Shown in pieces: positions 49,001-58,307 of a stretch of 64,000 bases of DNA. The stretch covers positions 17,349-81,348 of the forward strand of contig JBBRPR010000039.1 of assembly GCA_038227875.1 (NCBI GenBank). The letters run 5' to 3'. Under the pieces are notes generated by a model. It ran no database searches, was not told the origin of the DNA, and was given only the letters and a program-made list of their open reading frames with translations. The DNA is from Planctomycetota bacterium (lineage in GTDB: Bacteria; Planctomycetota; SZUA-567; H5-PLA8). The stretch's first letter is position 1, and each line of letters starts with the position of its first letter. The translations under genes were made by a program, and so were the position numbers.

Positions 49001-50177
49001 TGCGGAAGCCCCGCGCCGGCGACGCCTGATGTTCCGCCAGCGCCTTCTTGTCCAGCGGCGTGACGCGAACGCCCTTCGGCAAGCCGAACTCGCTGTCGAA
49101 GACCCACAGGATCAGCGCGCGCGTGTTGGAGAGTTTCACCAGGACCGGGTTGTTGCCTTTGATCAACTTTACTTTCACCAATTCACCCGACGAACGGTGG
49201 TACTGCTCGTCGCTGGGCTCGATCACGATGGGCTGTCCGCGCAGGTAAACGCGGTACGGCGCTGCCGCGCCGATGCCGATCAGAATTTCCTGATCGGCGT
49301 CGCTCTCGAGATTGGTGAACGCGTAGAAGATTCCATTGGCGCCGTGGAAGAGCGCGTCGAGATTCAATTCGCGCATCCGCGATGGTACGTCGGTGTGAAC
49401 TTCGACCTTCTCGCCGGTTTCGTCGGTGAACTCGAGGTTCTTGAGTTCCCGTTCCGGAGCAAAGCGTTTTTCGATCGCGTTGCGCGCGCGGATGTCGGCG
49501 TCGTTCTTATCCTTGCGGCCGAAGGGTCCGGCTACAAATTGCCAGCGGTCGACATAGCCCAGGCCTTCGATGGTCTTCTTCGCCTCTTCCGGCTTCTCCG
49601 CGCGCATCTGCAGCGTGGCGATGTGGTCCTTCAAACCCGACAGCACCGCGGAGCTCGCGGTCTTCGACGCTTCGTTGAAGGCCGCGAGAATCGCCGCGCG
49701 GCTTTCCACGTACTGCAGCGTGTCCATGGCACGCATCGCAAACAGCGCGGACAAAATATTGTCCGGCGCGGCCTTGAGCATCGTCAGGTTGACATCCTGG
49801 ACCTGCTGGTACTTGCCCTGAGCCACCAGCGTGGCGCGCAAACCTTCCAGCGCGGTCAGATCCTTGCCGTCCTTTTCCAAAACAGTGCGAAAGCTTTTCT
49901 CGGCCCCTTCAAAGTCGTTCTGCAAGTACGCTTCCCAGGCGTCGTGCGACGGACCGTCGGGAATGCGGATCGGATGCGCGGCCTTCTCGGACGGAATTTT
50001 GGCTTTGTCGCCCGTCGCCGGCGCAGGGGTGGGAGCAGGACTTGGAGCGACAGCAGGTACGGGCGCGGCCACAGCAGGCGCGTCGGACGCTTCCGCCGCG
50101 GGAAGCATGTTCGGGGTGAAGAAGACCAGCGCGGAGGCGAGCAGGAAGCTCAACCGAATACGGCAGTCTGAAGACAT
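46074..50177 (-). CDS. Large secreted TPR + DUF3857/transglutaminase-like fold protein
   Basis: Signal peptide, long TPR array, RTLNPDG...VGPGSILEH (DUF3857-like), LDWVRDNI, C-terminal RVTPEKYPKLLEFL; ATG 50177 with GGAGG RBS. Confidence 0.75.
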   Translation of the reverse strand: MSSDCRIRLSFLLASALVFFTPNMLPAAEASDAPAVAAPVPAVAPSPAPTPAPATGDKAKIPSEKAAHPIRIPDGPSHDAWEAYLQNDFEGAEKSFRTVLEKDGKDLTALEGLRATLVAQGKYQQVQDVNLTMLKAAPDNILSALFAMRAMDTLQYVESRAAILAAFNEASKTASSAVLSGLKDHIATLQMRAEKPEEAKKTIEGLGYVDRWQFVAGPFGRKDKNDADIRARNAIEKRFAPERELKNLEFTDETGEKVEVHTDVPSRMRELNLDALFHGANGIFYAFTNLESDADQEILIGIGAAAPYRVYLRGQPIVIEPSDEQYHRSSGELVKVKLIKGNNPVLVKLSNTRALILWVFDSEFGLPKGVRVTPLDKKALAEHQASPARGFRMSEKMMGATAELFLKRQKPDEFKNGKSLKALAESGELNVAEAYWLDVSMQRENDVPARLALGRALATSYPDSAGALDVAAGILSGAGRTAGDTETREIEEAKVLRLHALSIVPTSHQNLLQMYYFYADHELKDQAYTSIKACVQAHPQSPVALAALAQAYEGKQFMVEAEQCYEKAAALDAAYLGRLEWFHEYGGNRVRAREIFAKQVELAQIDNDQQFESAMRRGDLDVAAKLLAELQKNYPERADEFQQYTLRLLLEQGKLEDAFALQKKIYDGQKEYDPNRHTTIDALVDLALRMSKDDDAKALLKAYLKENPGDFDLNRRLRDLEGDTQARWWEAYDVKVPQIDTSKFTAANYPTASHAWIVDFMVTKVLPDFSRESYTHIAQKVLNTEGINELSELLVRAQRQDIVFIRTLNPDGSAFQPQNVHNFNLAQTASLYKVGPGSILEHAYVDRNAADKDDPSLTMGFNFNAIDSPRAVSRWVVMIPDEVKDKLTIRKIRPELIDEQILPGPKGYTVYQWTNKQVEGIKAEPFMPTANDQEVIPLVSIDTADRPFHANRWLMRRQPEFLPPEAAAKAKELVQPLLANGETPTGQKAMFVKLLDWVRDNIQSSSESRTLDDVWFSKGGSSTQMMVLVREMARSVGLNVSSAFVNGSYAPGRVWRSKNARKQWDPAELANFGSSGQMLVLEPRCGADVWAQYIGRATKYYDYFETNINQLGAHALVLERGVVRVKRVRGDVAGVVSANQRVDVTLDAQGNGTINGLIQFFGALAGNVREALSDPRRGPQIKESVVRQAWRNLQVGKVQVFFEGRADQPLGFSYTGTVKNFASSAGASYFLPPFVGRPRILDLRGPGERQSDLLVKQEISDLDQTFSYVAPEGSAWVEVPQNIFLCTDFGFYVASFAVNGRTLTCSRSYLMPAQRVTPEKYPKLLEFLTQVNASQQQRIAYAALDKDLPGAPVAVSSVEYASFGEEK

Positions 50178-50233
50178 CGCGAATAAGCCTCCGTGTTCAC
50201 GGCAATTCAACCAGCTGAAGGCCCTACATTATT

Positions 50234-51253
50234 TCAGGCGAGTGCCGGTTTAAAGTTCGTTCCGCGGTTGCGCCAATAAAACATCAGGCCAAATCCCGTC
50301 ACGATCAACCCCAGCGCCACCCACTGGGCGATCGTCATCCAGCCGTTGATCGTCGGAAAGACCGCGCCTTCGTCGTCGCGGAGCAGTTCTTCGAAAAAGC
50401 GCGTCGCCCCGACCATGATCATCGAGAGCGCGAGAATCTGCCCGTCGTACTTGCGCCGCGGCCAGTAGGCGTAGAGGAACGCGGCGGTCAGCGCCGCCGC
50501 GATGGAGGCGTAGATCTGCGTGGGATGAACTTTCAGCGAGAGCGGCGCAGAGTTCTCGATCCAGCCGTTCATCACGTGCCAGGCATGAGCCCCCGAATCG
50601 GCGTCCGGTTTGTACCGCGCAGGAAATTGCACCGCCCACGGCAGGTTGCAGGTCTTCCCGAAGCAACAGCCGTTGAGGAAACAGCCGATCCGCCCAAAAG
50701 CCAGTCCGGTGACAACGCTGATGATCATCAAGTCGATGAAGGGCAAGCCGGGGAGCTTGTTGCGGCGGCAGTACCAGAAGCCGTACGGAATCACGGCGAT
50801 GAATGCACCGTAAAAGACCAGACCGCCTTTCCACAGCTTGAACATGTCGGCGACGCGGTCGGTGTCAAAACCGCCGGCATGGAACGGATTGAAGTCGGTC
50901 CAGTTCATTGCAATGTCAAAGACACGCGACCCGGCCAGACCCACGAAGACGCCGTACACGCCGATGTCCAGGCAATGATGCCAGTCGATGCCCAGCTGCG
51001 CCGAGCGTCGCGCGGAAATCCAGACCGCGACGAGGAAGCCGATCAGGATCATCGTCCCGTAGCTCTGCACCGGAATGGAACCGTGGCCCCATTCCTGCGT
51101 GAAGGAAATGCCCATCCCGGCCGACGCGCCGAGCGCTCCGGCGCAGAGCATGATCATGGGGTGCTTGAACATTGCTGCCAGCGACGACGCGATTAGCGCG
51201 CCGGCCAGAGCGGCGATGATGAACACTGGGATGCTGAACAGATGTGGATGCAT
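50234..51253 (-). CDS. lgt: Prolipoprotein diacylglyceryl transferase
   Basis: SYGTMI, LWKGGLVFYG, GRIGCFLNGCCFG, LPWAV.FP, HPTQIY, RFFEELLR. Confidence 0.93.
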   Translation of the reverse strand: MHPHLFSIPVFIIAALAGALIASSLAAMFKHPMIMLCAGALGASAGMGISFTQEWGHGSIPVQSYGTMILIGFLVAVWISARRSAQLGIDWHHCLDIGVYGVFVGLAGSRVFDIAMNWTDFNPFHAGGFDTDRVADMFKLWKGGLVFYGAFIAVIPYGFWYCRRNKLPGLPFIDLMIISVVTGLAFGRIGCFLNGCCFGKTCNLPWAVQFPARYKPDADSGAHAWHVMNGWIENSAPLSLKVHPTQIYASIAAALTAAFLYAYWPRRKYDGQILALSMIMVGATRFFEELLRDDEGAVFPTINGWMTIAQWVALGLIVTGFGLMFYWRNRGTNFKPALA

Positions 51254-51350
51254 GGAAAGCCGTACACGCGTTAAAGGATTGCTGAAAGTCCAACCCGAAC
51301 TGTCATGCTAGCGCGTGTGAATTGAAGTTTACACCTGCGTTTATGTGTGA

Positions 51351-51677
51351 TTATTTACGGAAGAGCTTCGCCAGATTTTCGCGCGCCTTGCCTTCGCGAT
51401 CCTTCTGTTCGCCGCGGGGCGAGAGCTTCTTCTGGTGCTTCTCTGGTTCGGCGATGTTCACCTTGACGCGGAAGAACGAGCAGACGTTCTTGCCCAGCCG
51501 GTCGAAGACGAATTCCGCCTTGGCTTCGCGGCACTTGGTGTAGCTGTACTCGTCGTAGAACGCGCAGTTGGCGCAGGAATGCAGCCAGCTTGAACACTGT
51601 TCGCAAACCGCGTCTGGCGGCATGGGGCCATCAACGCCCTGGGTAATGGTCTTGCCGCACTTGTAACAGGATGCCAT
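51351..51677 (-). CDS. Small Cys-rich, probably Zn-binding, conserved hypothetical protein
   Basis: CYKCG...CEQC..LHSCANCAFYD...CRE...NVCSFF; AGGAG RBS. Confidence 0.8.
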   Translation of the reverse strand: MASCYKCGKTITQGVDGPMPPDAVCEQCSSWLHSCANCAFYDEYSYTKCREAKAEFVFDRLGKNVCSFFRVKVNIAEPEKHQKKLSPRGEQKDREGKARENLAKLFRK

Positions 51678-52134
51678 AACTTTCTCCTACATGACTTGCA
51701 ACGGCCGTATCAGTATCGGCGCGCGACGGGGGAAACTGTGATGTTGTTGCCAGGATCGTTGATGTTGCGGGCCAGCCTGCAAACGCTTCATTTTCCAACG
51801 GCATTCAGAGCCATACTGGCTCCACGGGAACAACACAGCGACTGCCTTGCCAATTGGAATTGTTTTCCCGCGATTTAAGCTCAACGATTTTGCCGACTTC
51901 CGCCGCGAACCGTGAAATACAAATGAAACAACGGTTGTCAACGGGCGGTGAAGCCTCGGACGGCGCGCATCGAATCAGCTTAATTGTCAGGGGGCAACGC
52001 TTTTCAGACCGACCTATTCTTAATTATCCCTTTACAAACATTTTGTCAAGCCGAATCGATTGAATTTTCGGTTTTCAGTCACTTTGTCGGGCAAAGATGG
52101 CAGTCCTCGGTTGAATCCTGCTCTCGACTGTCCG

Positions 52135-53241
52135 TTATTCAGATACCCAATCCTCGGAAAGCGCACGCAGGTCCGCATGGCTGCCGATCTCCCGCTGCGA
52201 CTCGGTTTCAATGGCCGCCTCGACTTCCGGATTGCGTCCGCTGGCCAGCGTTGAGACGGCGATAAACCACAGCGCCAGCGCCACCGCTGGCAGGAAGAAC
52301 GCCACCATCGCCGCCGGGAGCCCGATGTAGCGCGCCACCCCGTAGGTGCCGCCGAGCCAGACCGCCAGTGCCAGAATGCCGGCGCACCCAAATGCCAGCC
52401 ACGGCGATCCGCCCGCCGCGTTCGCGTCTGCCGCGAGCGGCTCCGATTTGGGCGGCGCGGCCCCTTCGAAAATCGAGGCGGTCAGCGTCAGGTCATGCAG
52501 AATCAGCAGCAATTCCCGCGGAGAAAAAGTCGACCGGGTGAACACCGGTGCCGGAGCTTGCGACAGCACCAGTTCTCCGCGCTCCACCTGAATGCCGCAG
52601 TTTGCGTCAGTCGCTTTCGCGCCAATTGTTCCGTGGAGCGAAAACAAGCTCGCCAGTCGTTTCACCGCGCCGCGCAGTTCCGGTTGGCGCAGCAGTTTCA
52701 CGACTTCCGCCGGGCGATCCGATTGCCACTGGTAGCGCTCTTCAAACTCCGCGTCGCCGGTGGAAAGTTCCGCATCGGCCGCCGGACTTGCGGACGGTTT
52801 TGCCGCCGCTTCTTCCGTTCGCACGACTCGGAAAGTTCCTTTGAAGCCCGTCTTCGCGCTCCAGCGCCACGTCTCCATGCCCAAGCCGCGTCCACGCCGC
52901 TCCGCATTGCGGCGCAGCGTTACGGTGCGCCCGCGAAACGAACCGTGAAGCGCGTCCCAGTCGGCCGATGGAGCTTGCGCGTTGCCGAGCACGTCGCACG
53001 CCAGCCAGCGTTCGATCGCCAGCGCTCGCGCGCGGCCGCGCGGTTTCCACACGCGCCAATCGAGCACCACCAGCAACAGCGCCGCGCCCTCTGTCGCGCC
53101 GAGCAGCAGCAAAAAGCTGAACGGTCCGGAGAGCAGTCCCTTGGCGTTGAACAGCGTAAACGACCCGGTCACGCCGATGTAGACGGTGACAACGATGCCA
53201 ACGAGGAGCACGATAATGATCGGAGGATGCGCGGACTTCAT
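52135..53241 (-). CDS. Hypothetical membrane protein (2 N-terminal + 2 C-terminal TMs)
   Basis: Hydrophobic segments at both ends around a soluble domain. Confidence 0.65.
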   Translation of the reverse strand: MKSAHPPIIIVLLVGIVVTVYIGVTGSFTLFNAKGLLSGPFSFLLLLGATEGAALLLVVLDWRVWKPRGRARALAIERWLACDVLGNAQAPSADWDALHGSFRGRTVTLRRNAERRGRGLGMETWRWSAKTGFKGTFRVVRTEEAAAKPSASPAADAELSTGDAEFEERYQWQSDRPAEVVKLLRQPELRGAVKRLASLFSLHGTIGAKATDANCGIQVERGELVLSQAPAPVFTRSTFSPRELLLILHDLTLTASIFEGAAPPKSEPLAADANAAGGSPWLAFGCAGILALAVWLGGTYGVARYIGLPAAMVAFFLPAVALALWFIAVSTLASGRNPEVEAAIETESQREIGSHADLRALSEDWVSE

Positions 53242-53248
53242 AAGGCTG

Positions 53249-53435
53249 TTTGTAGTCCGGGCGTCTCGCCCGGTCTAACTCACTCCATCCGCAAAAAACG
53301 AAGTGCTTCAGCGCGCCATATCTACCGCGCGGCAGCAAACTCACACTGAGCTTCGCAATCGATACTGCCGATCGAACAAATAATCTTTGCAGCCCTGCGC
53401 AGAAGTCAGACCGGGCGAGCCGCCCGGACTACAAA
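53249..53435. repeat. GTAG-type REP doublet (REPIN)
   Basis: TTTGTAGTCCGGGCGTCTCGCCCGGTCTAACT and its reverse complement at 53404-53435 (2 mismatches in 32 bp). Confidence 0.88.
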
Positions 53436-53439
53436 AATC

Positions 53440-54594
53440 CTATCCCGCGATCTCCAGCAATGCTTTCACCACCGCGTCCGTCTCTTCCACCGTCGTAAAA
53501 TACCCCGGCGACAAGCGCAGCGTGCCGGTCGGGAACGTGCCGAGATGTTTGTGGGCGTACGGGGCGCAATGCAGGCCCGGGCGCACCGCGACTTCAAAGG
53601 CCTGGTCGAGAATGCTGGCCGTCTCCGCGTTGTCACGATCCTTGATCGTGATCGAGAGCACGCCGGCTTTCCGCGCGACGTCCTTCGTGCCGTAAAGCGT
53701 AAAGCGCTTGTCGCTGCCAAGAGTGTCGATGATGCGCTTGAGGATCATGCGTTCGTGTTCGAGCACCTTGCCGGGGCCCTGCTTGTTGAGGAAACGGACT
53801 CCGGCGAGCATTCCCGCGATGCCCATGGTGTTGGGTGTGCCGCCTTCGAGCTTGTGCGGGAGTTCATCGGGCTGATGCGGCGTGGTACTGTCGCCACCGG
53901 TGCCGCCTTCGCGCCAGTTGAGCAATTCTTCAGCATGAAAGCGCGGCCCGATCAGGAGCGCGCCGGTGCCCGTGGGCGCCAGCAATCCCTTGTGACCGGG
54001 GAACGCGAGCAGGTCGATGTTCGCCGCTTCGATGTCGATCGGCACGACGCCGGCCGTCTGCGCGGCGTCGACGAGGTAGACAATCTTGTCGCTGGCCGCA
54101 CGCAGCGCCTTGCCCAGCTCCGCGATGGGATTGATGATCCCTGTAGCATTCGCGCAGTGCGTGACGGCGACGAGCTTGGTCTTGGGCGTGATCGCTTTGA
54201 CGATCTCTTCAACGTTCCATGTACCGGCTTCCGCGGGGATCACGCGCGTCAGCGTGATGACGCCGTCGTCGGCGAGCTTCTGCAGCGGGCGGCTGACCGA
54301 GTTGTGTTCCAGCGCGGTGGTGATGACATGATCGCCGGGCTTGATCACGCCCTTGATCGCCATGTTCAGCGCGTCGGTGCAGTTGAGCGTAAAGACGCAG
54401 CGCGTCGTGTCCTTCAGGCCGAAGTACTTGCTCAGCGCATTGCGGCATTCGCCGATCATTGCTTCCGCGCCGGTGGCCATGCGGTGTCCTGAGCGTCCCG
54501 GATTGCCGCCGAATTCCTGCATGAATTTGTTCATGCTCTCGAACACTTCCGGCGGCTTGGGAAAACTGGTGGCTGCGTTGTCGAAGTAGATCAT
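53440..54594 (-). CDS. Cysteine desulfurase family protein (aminotransferase class V)
   Basis: MIYFDNAATSFPKP, NPGRSGH, EHNSV.RP, VDAAQTAG, PGHKGL (PLP Lys), EGGTPN, RPGLHCAP. Confidence 0.92.
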   Translation of the reverse strand: MIYFDNAATSFPKPPEVFESMNKFMQEFGGNPGRSGHRMATGAEAMIGECRNALSKYFGLKDTTRCVFTLNCTDALNMAIKGVIKPGDHVITTALEHNSVSRPLQKLADDGVITLTRVIPAEAGTWNVEEIVKAITPKTKLVAVTHCANATGIINPIAELGKALRAASDKIVYLVDAAQTAGVVPIDIEAANIDLLAFPGHKGLLAPTGTGALLIGPRFHAEELLNWREGGTGGDSTTPHQPDELPHKLEGGTPNTMGIAGMLAGVRFLNKQGPGKVLEHERMILKRIIDTLGSDKRFTLYGTKDVARKAGVLSITIKDRDNAETASILDQAFEVAVRPGLHCAPYAHKHLGTFPTGTLRLSPGYFTTVEETDAVVKALLEIAG

Positions 54595-54706
54595 GCGCGT
54601 ATCACCATCCAAAATGGCGTTTGTGAACAGGACGACCCGGCAGACGGGCCGTCGAATTTAAGCGAGAGTCATTCGAAAATCGCAACCGTGGCAGCGAAGA
54701 CCGGCT

Positions 54707-55201
54707 TCAGGCCGGCGGAGCAACGTGGGCCGCTTCGTTGGCGTTGCGGATGTACAGCTTGTTCAGGACGCCGGCCGCCAGCAGCTCTTTACATTCGGCG
54801 GCGTCGGTCATCTGAATCGCGTCGTGCGGGCAGATTTCCGCGCAGAGCGCACAGCCGATGCAGACCTTCTCGCGCACCAGACTGCTGACCTGGATGTTTC
54901 CGTCGCCGGTCATCTCCAGGCAGTTTTCGGGACAGTAGTCGACGCAGTAAGTACAGCCCGTGCAGTTGTCTTTGTTGATCACCGGACGCGGCCGGTCGAC
55001 GATCTTTTTCTTCGGGACGATGCGGTCGAACTGATCGGTGATGCAAGAGACCGGACAGACATTGCCGCAGACGCCGCAGTCGATGCATTTGTCGTCGATG
55101 ATGACATGCATGGTCTTCTTGTCGCCGACAATCGCTTCCGTCGGACACTTGGTTGCACACGCCGTGCAGCCGATGCATGTTTCATGAATGTAATGTGGCA
55201 T
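54707..55201 (-). CDS. Polyferredoxin with four 4Fe-4S motifs
   Basis: Four CxxCxxCxxxCP motifs. Confidence 0.92.
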   Translation of the reverse strand: MPHYIHETCIGCTACATKCPTEAIVGDKKTMHVIIDDKCIDCGVCGNVCPVSCITDQFDRIVPKKKIVDRPRPVINKDNCTGCTYCVDYCPENCLEMTGDGNIQVSSLVREKVCIGCALCAEICPHDAIQMTDAAECKELLAAGVLNKLYIRNANEAAHVAPPA

Positions 55202-55250
55202 TGAGCGAACCTTTCAGCGCGGCAACTCCCACTTCGTTACCATCCCCCTT

Positions 55251-55278
55251 AATGTAGTCTTGGCGCGGGAGGTGTCAA
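55251..55278 (-). promoter_or_regulatory. Candidate sigma70 promoter for polyferredoxin-desulfurase
   Basis: Minus strand TTGACA-16 nt-TACATT, ~50 nt upstream of the ATG. Confidence 0.45.
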
Positions 55279-55415
55279 ATACGAGAAGCGGGTGGAGCAG
55301 GATTCGGGAATGAGGAAACGGCTTCGAACGAAGCTCGTGGGAAAATTTTCCTTATGTTGGGTTTTAACCATGTTGCAAAATTACAACAGGGGTACATCGA
55401 TAGACGTACTCGTCT

Positions 55416-58307
55416 CTACTCGTGTCCAAGCCACTCGGCGGGGATGGGGACTTTCTTGCCGTCTTTTTGTTTCATCAGCAGGTTCATGCCGTAAGGTCCG
55501 CCGCCGTTAAACCATTCCAGCCAGATGCGGTGCGGGCCGGCTTTCAAGTCGATGGCGGCTTCCACTTCTTTCATGCCGTGCGGGCCGTCGTTGTCGATCA
55601 ATTTCTCGCCGTCGATGAAGAACCGTGAGCCATCGTCGGAGGTGAGGCTGAAGGCGTACTTGTCGTCGGCGGGAATATTGATCACGCCGCGGTAGACGGC
55701 GGAAAACGCGCCAGCCAGCGGCCAGCCGTGCAGGATTCGCTCGGCGGTGGGCGGCGGCGTGGCGCCGAAAGCGAGCGTCGGTTCCAGGCGCGCGATGGTC
55801 GGCGTGTCGTCGTCGGTGGCGTACATCGGCAGCTGATCGAAGTACTCGCCGATCACGCCGGGCTTCATCGCGGTCGTTGGCGGGCCCTTCGGCGGAATCT
55901 TGAAATGCAGGCCGTGTTCGGAATCCCAGAAGACGCCGGAGACCACGGCATTGGTGTTGCACGCGTTCTGCAGCTTGATCAGCAGGGAGCCGGCGACTTC
56001 GAATTCCAGCCACGAGCCATTGCCAAAATCGCCGACGTCCGTCTCATAGAGCATCTCGTCGCCGCTGAAGAACTGAATGTGATCCTTGCGGCCAAGCTTG
56101 TCGAAGTCGAGGAAGTACATCGACAGATGGTTGACGATGCTCTTTGACGCGCGGAGATCAATCAACACTTCACTGCCGGAATATTCGCAGGCGCCGAGAC
56201 GCGGGCCTTTGCCTTCCGGATCTTCAAGCTCGCGCGGCTCTTCACCCTGATTCCAGACGCAGTGGTCGGCGGCCGTCGTGAGCGAGGCGATGTACGGCGG
56301 CAATTTCTGAAGGTGCTGGCCGCCGCCCCCCTTGTTGAAGAGGACGTAGCCGTCCTTGCCCATCTCGCGCTTCCAGTTGCCGCCGCGCTTGTCGTTACGA
56401 CCGATGAATTTCACGTAGGGCTTGGCCGCTTCGCGGGGTGCATCGGCCGGACGGCGCGATTCGGGATCAACGCCGGTGACTTCCAGCGGATCGTAGCAGA
56501 GCCACTTGTCGCTGAGATACTCCTTGCTTTCACCCTTGGGCTTGATTGAGCAGGTCAGCCCCGTGGCGGCGCCGTAGGTGTAATATTCGACGTAAATGCG
56601 GTGCAACCCGGTGCTCAGATCGATCTGCTCCCAGAGTTCCTGAAGCTTGTGGTCGCCGTCGTTGTTGATCAGCAGTTCGCCGTCGAGATAGAGGCGCGCG
56701 CCGTTTTCCGATTCGACGAAGAACGTGTAGAGGCCCTGCTTTTCGATTTTGACGTAGCCGGTGAAGTTGGCGGCGCAGGCGTTGCCGAAGGGCCAGTCGT
56801 GGATTCCCTGCCCGGGCGGCGCGGGCGTTGATGCGCCGAAGGCAAGACTCGGCTGCGGGCGCGTCAGTTGCGGCGTGTCTTCGATGGCGGCGTAGGTGTC
56901 GACGGTGTCGAAGAATTCCGCCCAGACGCCCGGCTTCAAGCTCGAAGCGGCTGACTTCATCGGTCCCTTGAGCGGCGCGCGGCGCGTGAATTTGTCGGAT
57001 TCGGCGCCGTCGTCGTAGCCTTCGATCTCCACCGCGTGGAAGGAATCGTTGGCGGTACTGGCGATGCCCCTAAGCGCGACGACTTTGACTTTCTGGCGCG
57101 CGAAGCGGACTTCCTGCCAGCTCTGCGATTCCCGTTTGCTGTTGTCCTGAACTTTCTTGAAGTTCTTGCCGTCGGGCGAGACCGAGAGGATGTAGCGGAA
57201 CGACCGCGGGTCCTTATCCCAGAGCAGGAAACGGACGCGGGTGAGCTCGCGGGGTTCCTTCAACGTGATGAGAAACTGTTCCTTCGGCTCGTTGTTGTTG
57301 GTCGTGGCGTAGCCCAGGCCCGGATCGTAGTTGTCGGCGATGCCGTCGATCAGCACTTCCGGTTTCTGTCCGCCCGTGGCGACCGCGCCGTCGCTGGCCA
57401 GGAGCAGATTGTGGGTGCTGCGCGGGTGCTTCTTCTGAAATTCCGGAACCAATGGACCGGCCACGCGGGAACCCGGCGTGCCTGGCGTGTTCGGATTGGC
57501 AGGATCCCCGCCATCCACGCGAAGCTGCGCGACATCGCCGCCGCCGCTGCCGGATTTGTATTTCTTGATCAGCAGCCCCGCGATCAGGCACAGCAACACT
57601 GCGATCACGCCAATCAGGCCCATCACAATTTTCTTGTGCGGCAGGCCCGGCGCGGGAAGTTCTGCGCCGTCGAGTTCGTCTTCATCGTAGTCGTCGAGAT
57701 CGTCCCCGTCTGCATCGGCATCCGCTGTCGCGACGGGCTTTTGAACCGGAGCCGGAGCCGGCCTGGGTTCCGGAACTTTGACTGGGGCCGGCGCAGCGAC
57801 CGGCTCTGGAGCCGTGGTGACCAGCGCTGACGGTGAGGGCGTGGGTGTGACTTCGATGTCGTTTTCCAGCTCCGCGTCGTCGATCTCCGGCTTGAGCGGC
57901 AGCGGCGATTTTGAGATGCGCGCCGAGATGGGGCTCGGCCCGCGCGGTGAAGACTGCGGCGCGGAGCGCGTCGAGATGCGTTTGGGCTGCTGCTCCACCG
58001 TCGCCGTCGGCGCGCTCGATACATGCGAAGCCGTCCGACCGGAAATGCGCTTGGGACCGGCTGCGCTGGGAGGCGGATTGGGATTCGACGAGAGCGTCCG
58101 ATGAAGCGGTGGCGGATTGGAACGCGGTGGCGGGACGGAAGACGTCGGCCGTTTGGCGCCGACCGGCGCGTGAGCCCCCGGATGCGGTGCGTGTGCGGGA
58201 GGCGTGGCTTTCACCGGCGGCACGCCACGCTGAGGCACGCCAGGTCGAGCTGGCGGCACTCCGGGCTTCTTGGGCATGCGCGACTTCGGGTCCATTGCGT
58301 GACTCAC
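55416..58307 (-). CDS. Membrane-anchored protein: Pro-rich N-terminus, TM, discoidin (F5/8 C) and two PA14 domains
   Basis: TM IVMGLIGVIAVLLCLIAGLLI; LLWDKDPRSFRY..SVSPDG...HAVEIE; PA14 motifs YTFFVESENGARLYLDGELLINNDG and SLTSDDGSRFFIDGEKLIDNDGPH. Confidence 0.8.
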   Translation of the reverse strand: MSHAMDPKSRMPKKPGVPPARPGVPQRGVPPVKATPPAHAPHPGAHAPVGAKRPTSSVPPPRSNPPPLHRTLSSNPNPPPSAAGPKRISGRTASHVSSAPTATVEQQPKRISTRSAPQSSPRGPSPISARISKSPLPLKPEIDDAELENDIEVTPTPSPSALVTTAPEPVAAPAPVKVPEPRPAPAPVQKPVATADADADGDDLDDYDEDELDGAELPAPGLPHKKIVMGLIGVIAVLLCLIAGLLIKKYKSGSGGGDVAQLRVDGGDPANPNTPGTPGSRVAGPLVPEFQKKHPRSTHNLLLASDGAVATGGQKPEVLIDGIADNYDPGLGYATTNNNEPKEQFLITLKEPRELTRVRFLLWDKDPRSFRYILSVSPDGKNFKKVQDNSKRESQSWQEVRFARQKVKVVALRGIASTANDSFHAVEIEGYDDGAESDKFTRRAPLKGPMKSAASSLKPGVWAEFFDTVDTYAAIEDTPQLTRPQPSLAFGASTPAPPGQGIHDWPFGNACAANFTGYVKIEKQGLYTFFVESENGARLYLDGELLINNDGDHKLQELWEQIDLSTGLHRIYVEYYTYGAATGLTCSIKPKGESKEYLSDKWLCYDPLEVTGVDPESRRPADAPREAAKPYVKFIGRNDKRGGNWKREMGKDGYVLFNKGGGGQHLQKLPPYIASLTTAADHCVWNQGEEPRELEDPEGKGPRLGACEYSGSEVLIDLRASKSIVNHLSMYFLDFDKLGRKDHIQFFSGDEMLYETDVGDFGNGSWLEFEVAGSLLIKLQNACNTNAVVSGVFWDSEHGLHFKIPPKGPPTTAMKPGVIGEYFDQLPMYATDDDTPTIARLEPTLAFGATPPPTAERILHGWPLAGAFSAVYRGVINIPADDKYAFSLTSDDGSRFFIDGEKLIDNDGPHGMKEVEAAIDLKAGPHRIWLEWFNGGGPYGMNLLMKQKDGKKVPIPAEWLGHE

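Noticed and set aside
50234..51253. Lgt motif variants (FYGA, HPTQIYA)
   Set aside because: Within the variation I expect outside Proteobacteria; the core GRIGCF motif is intact
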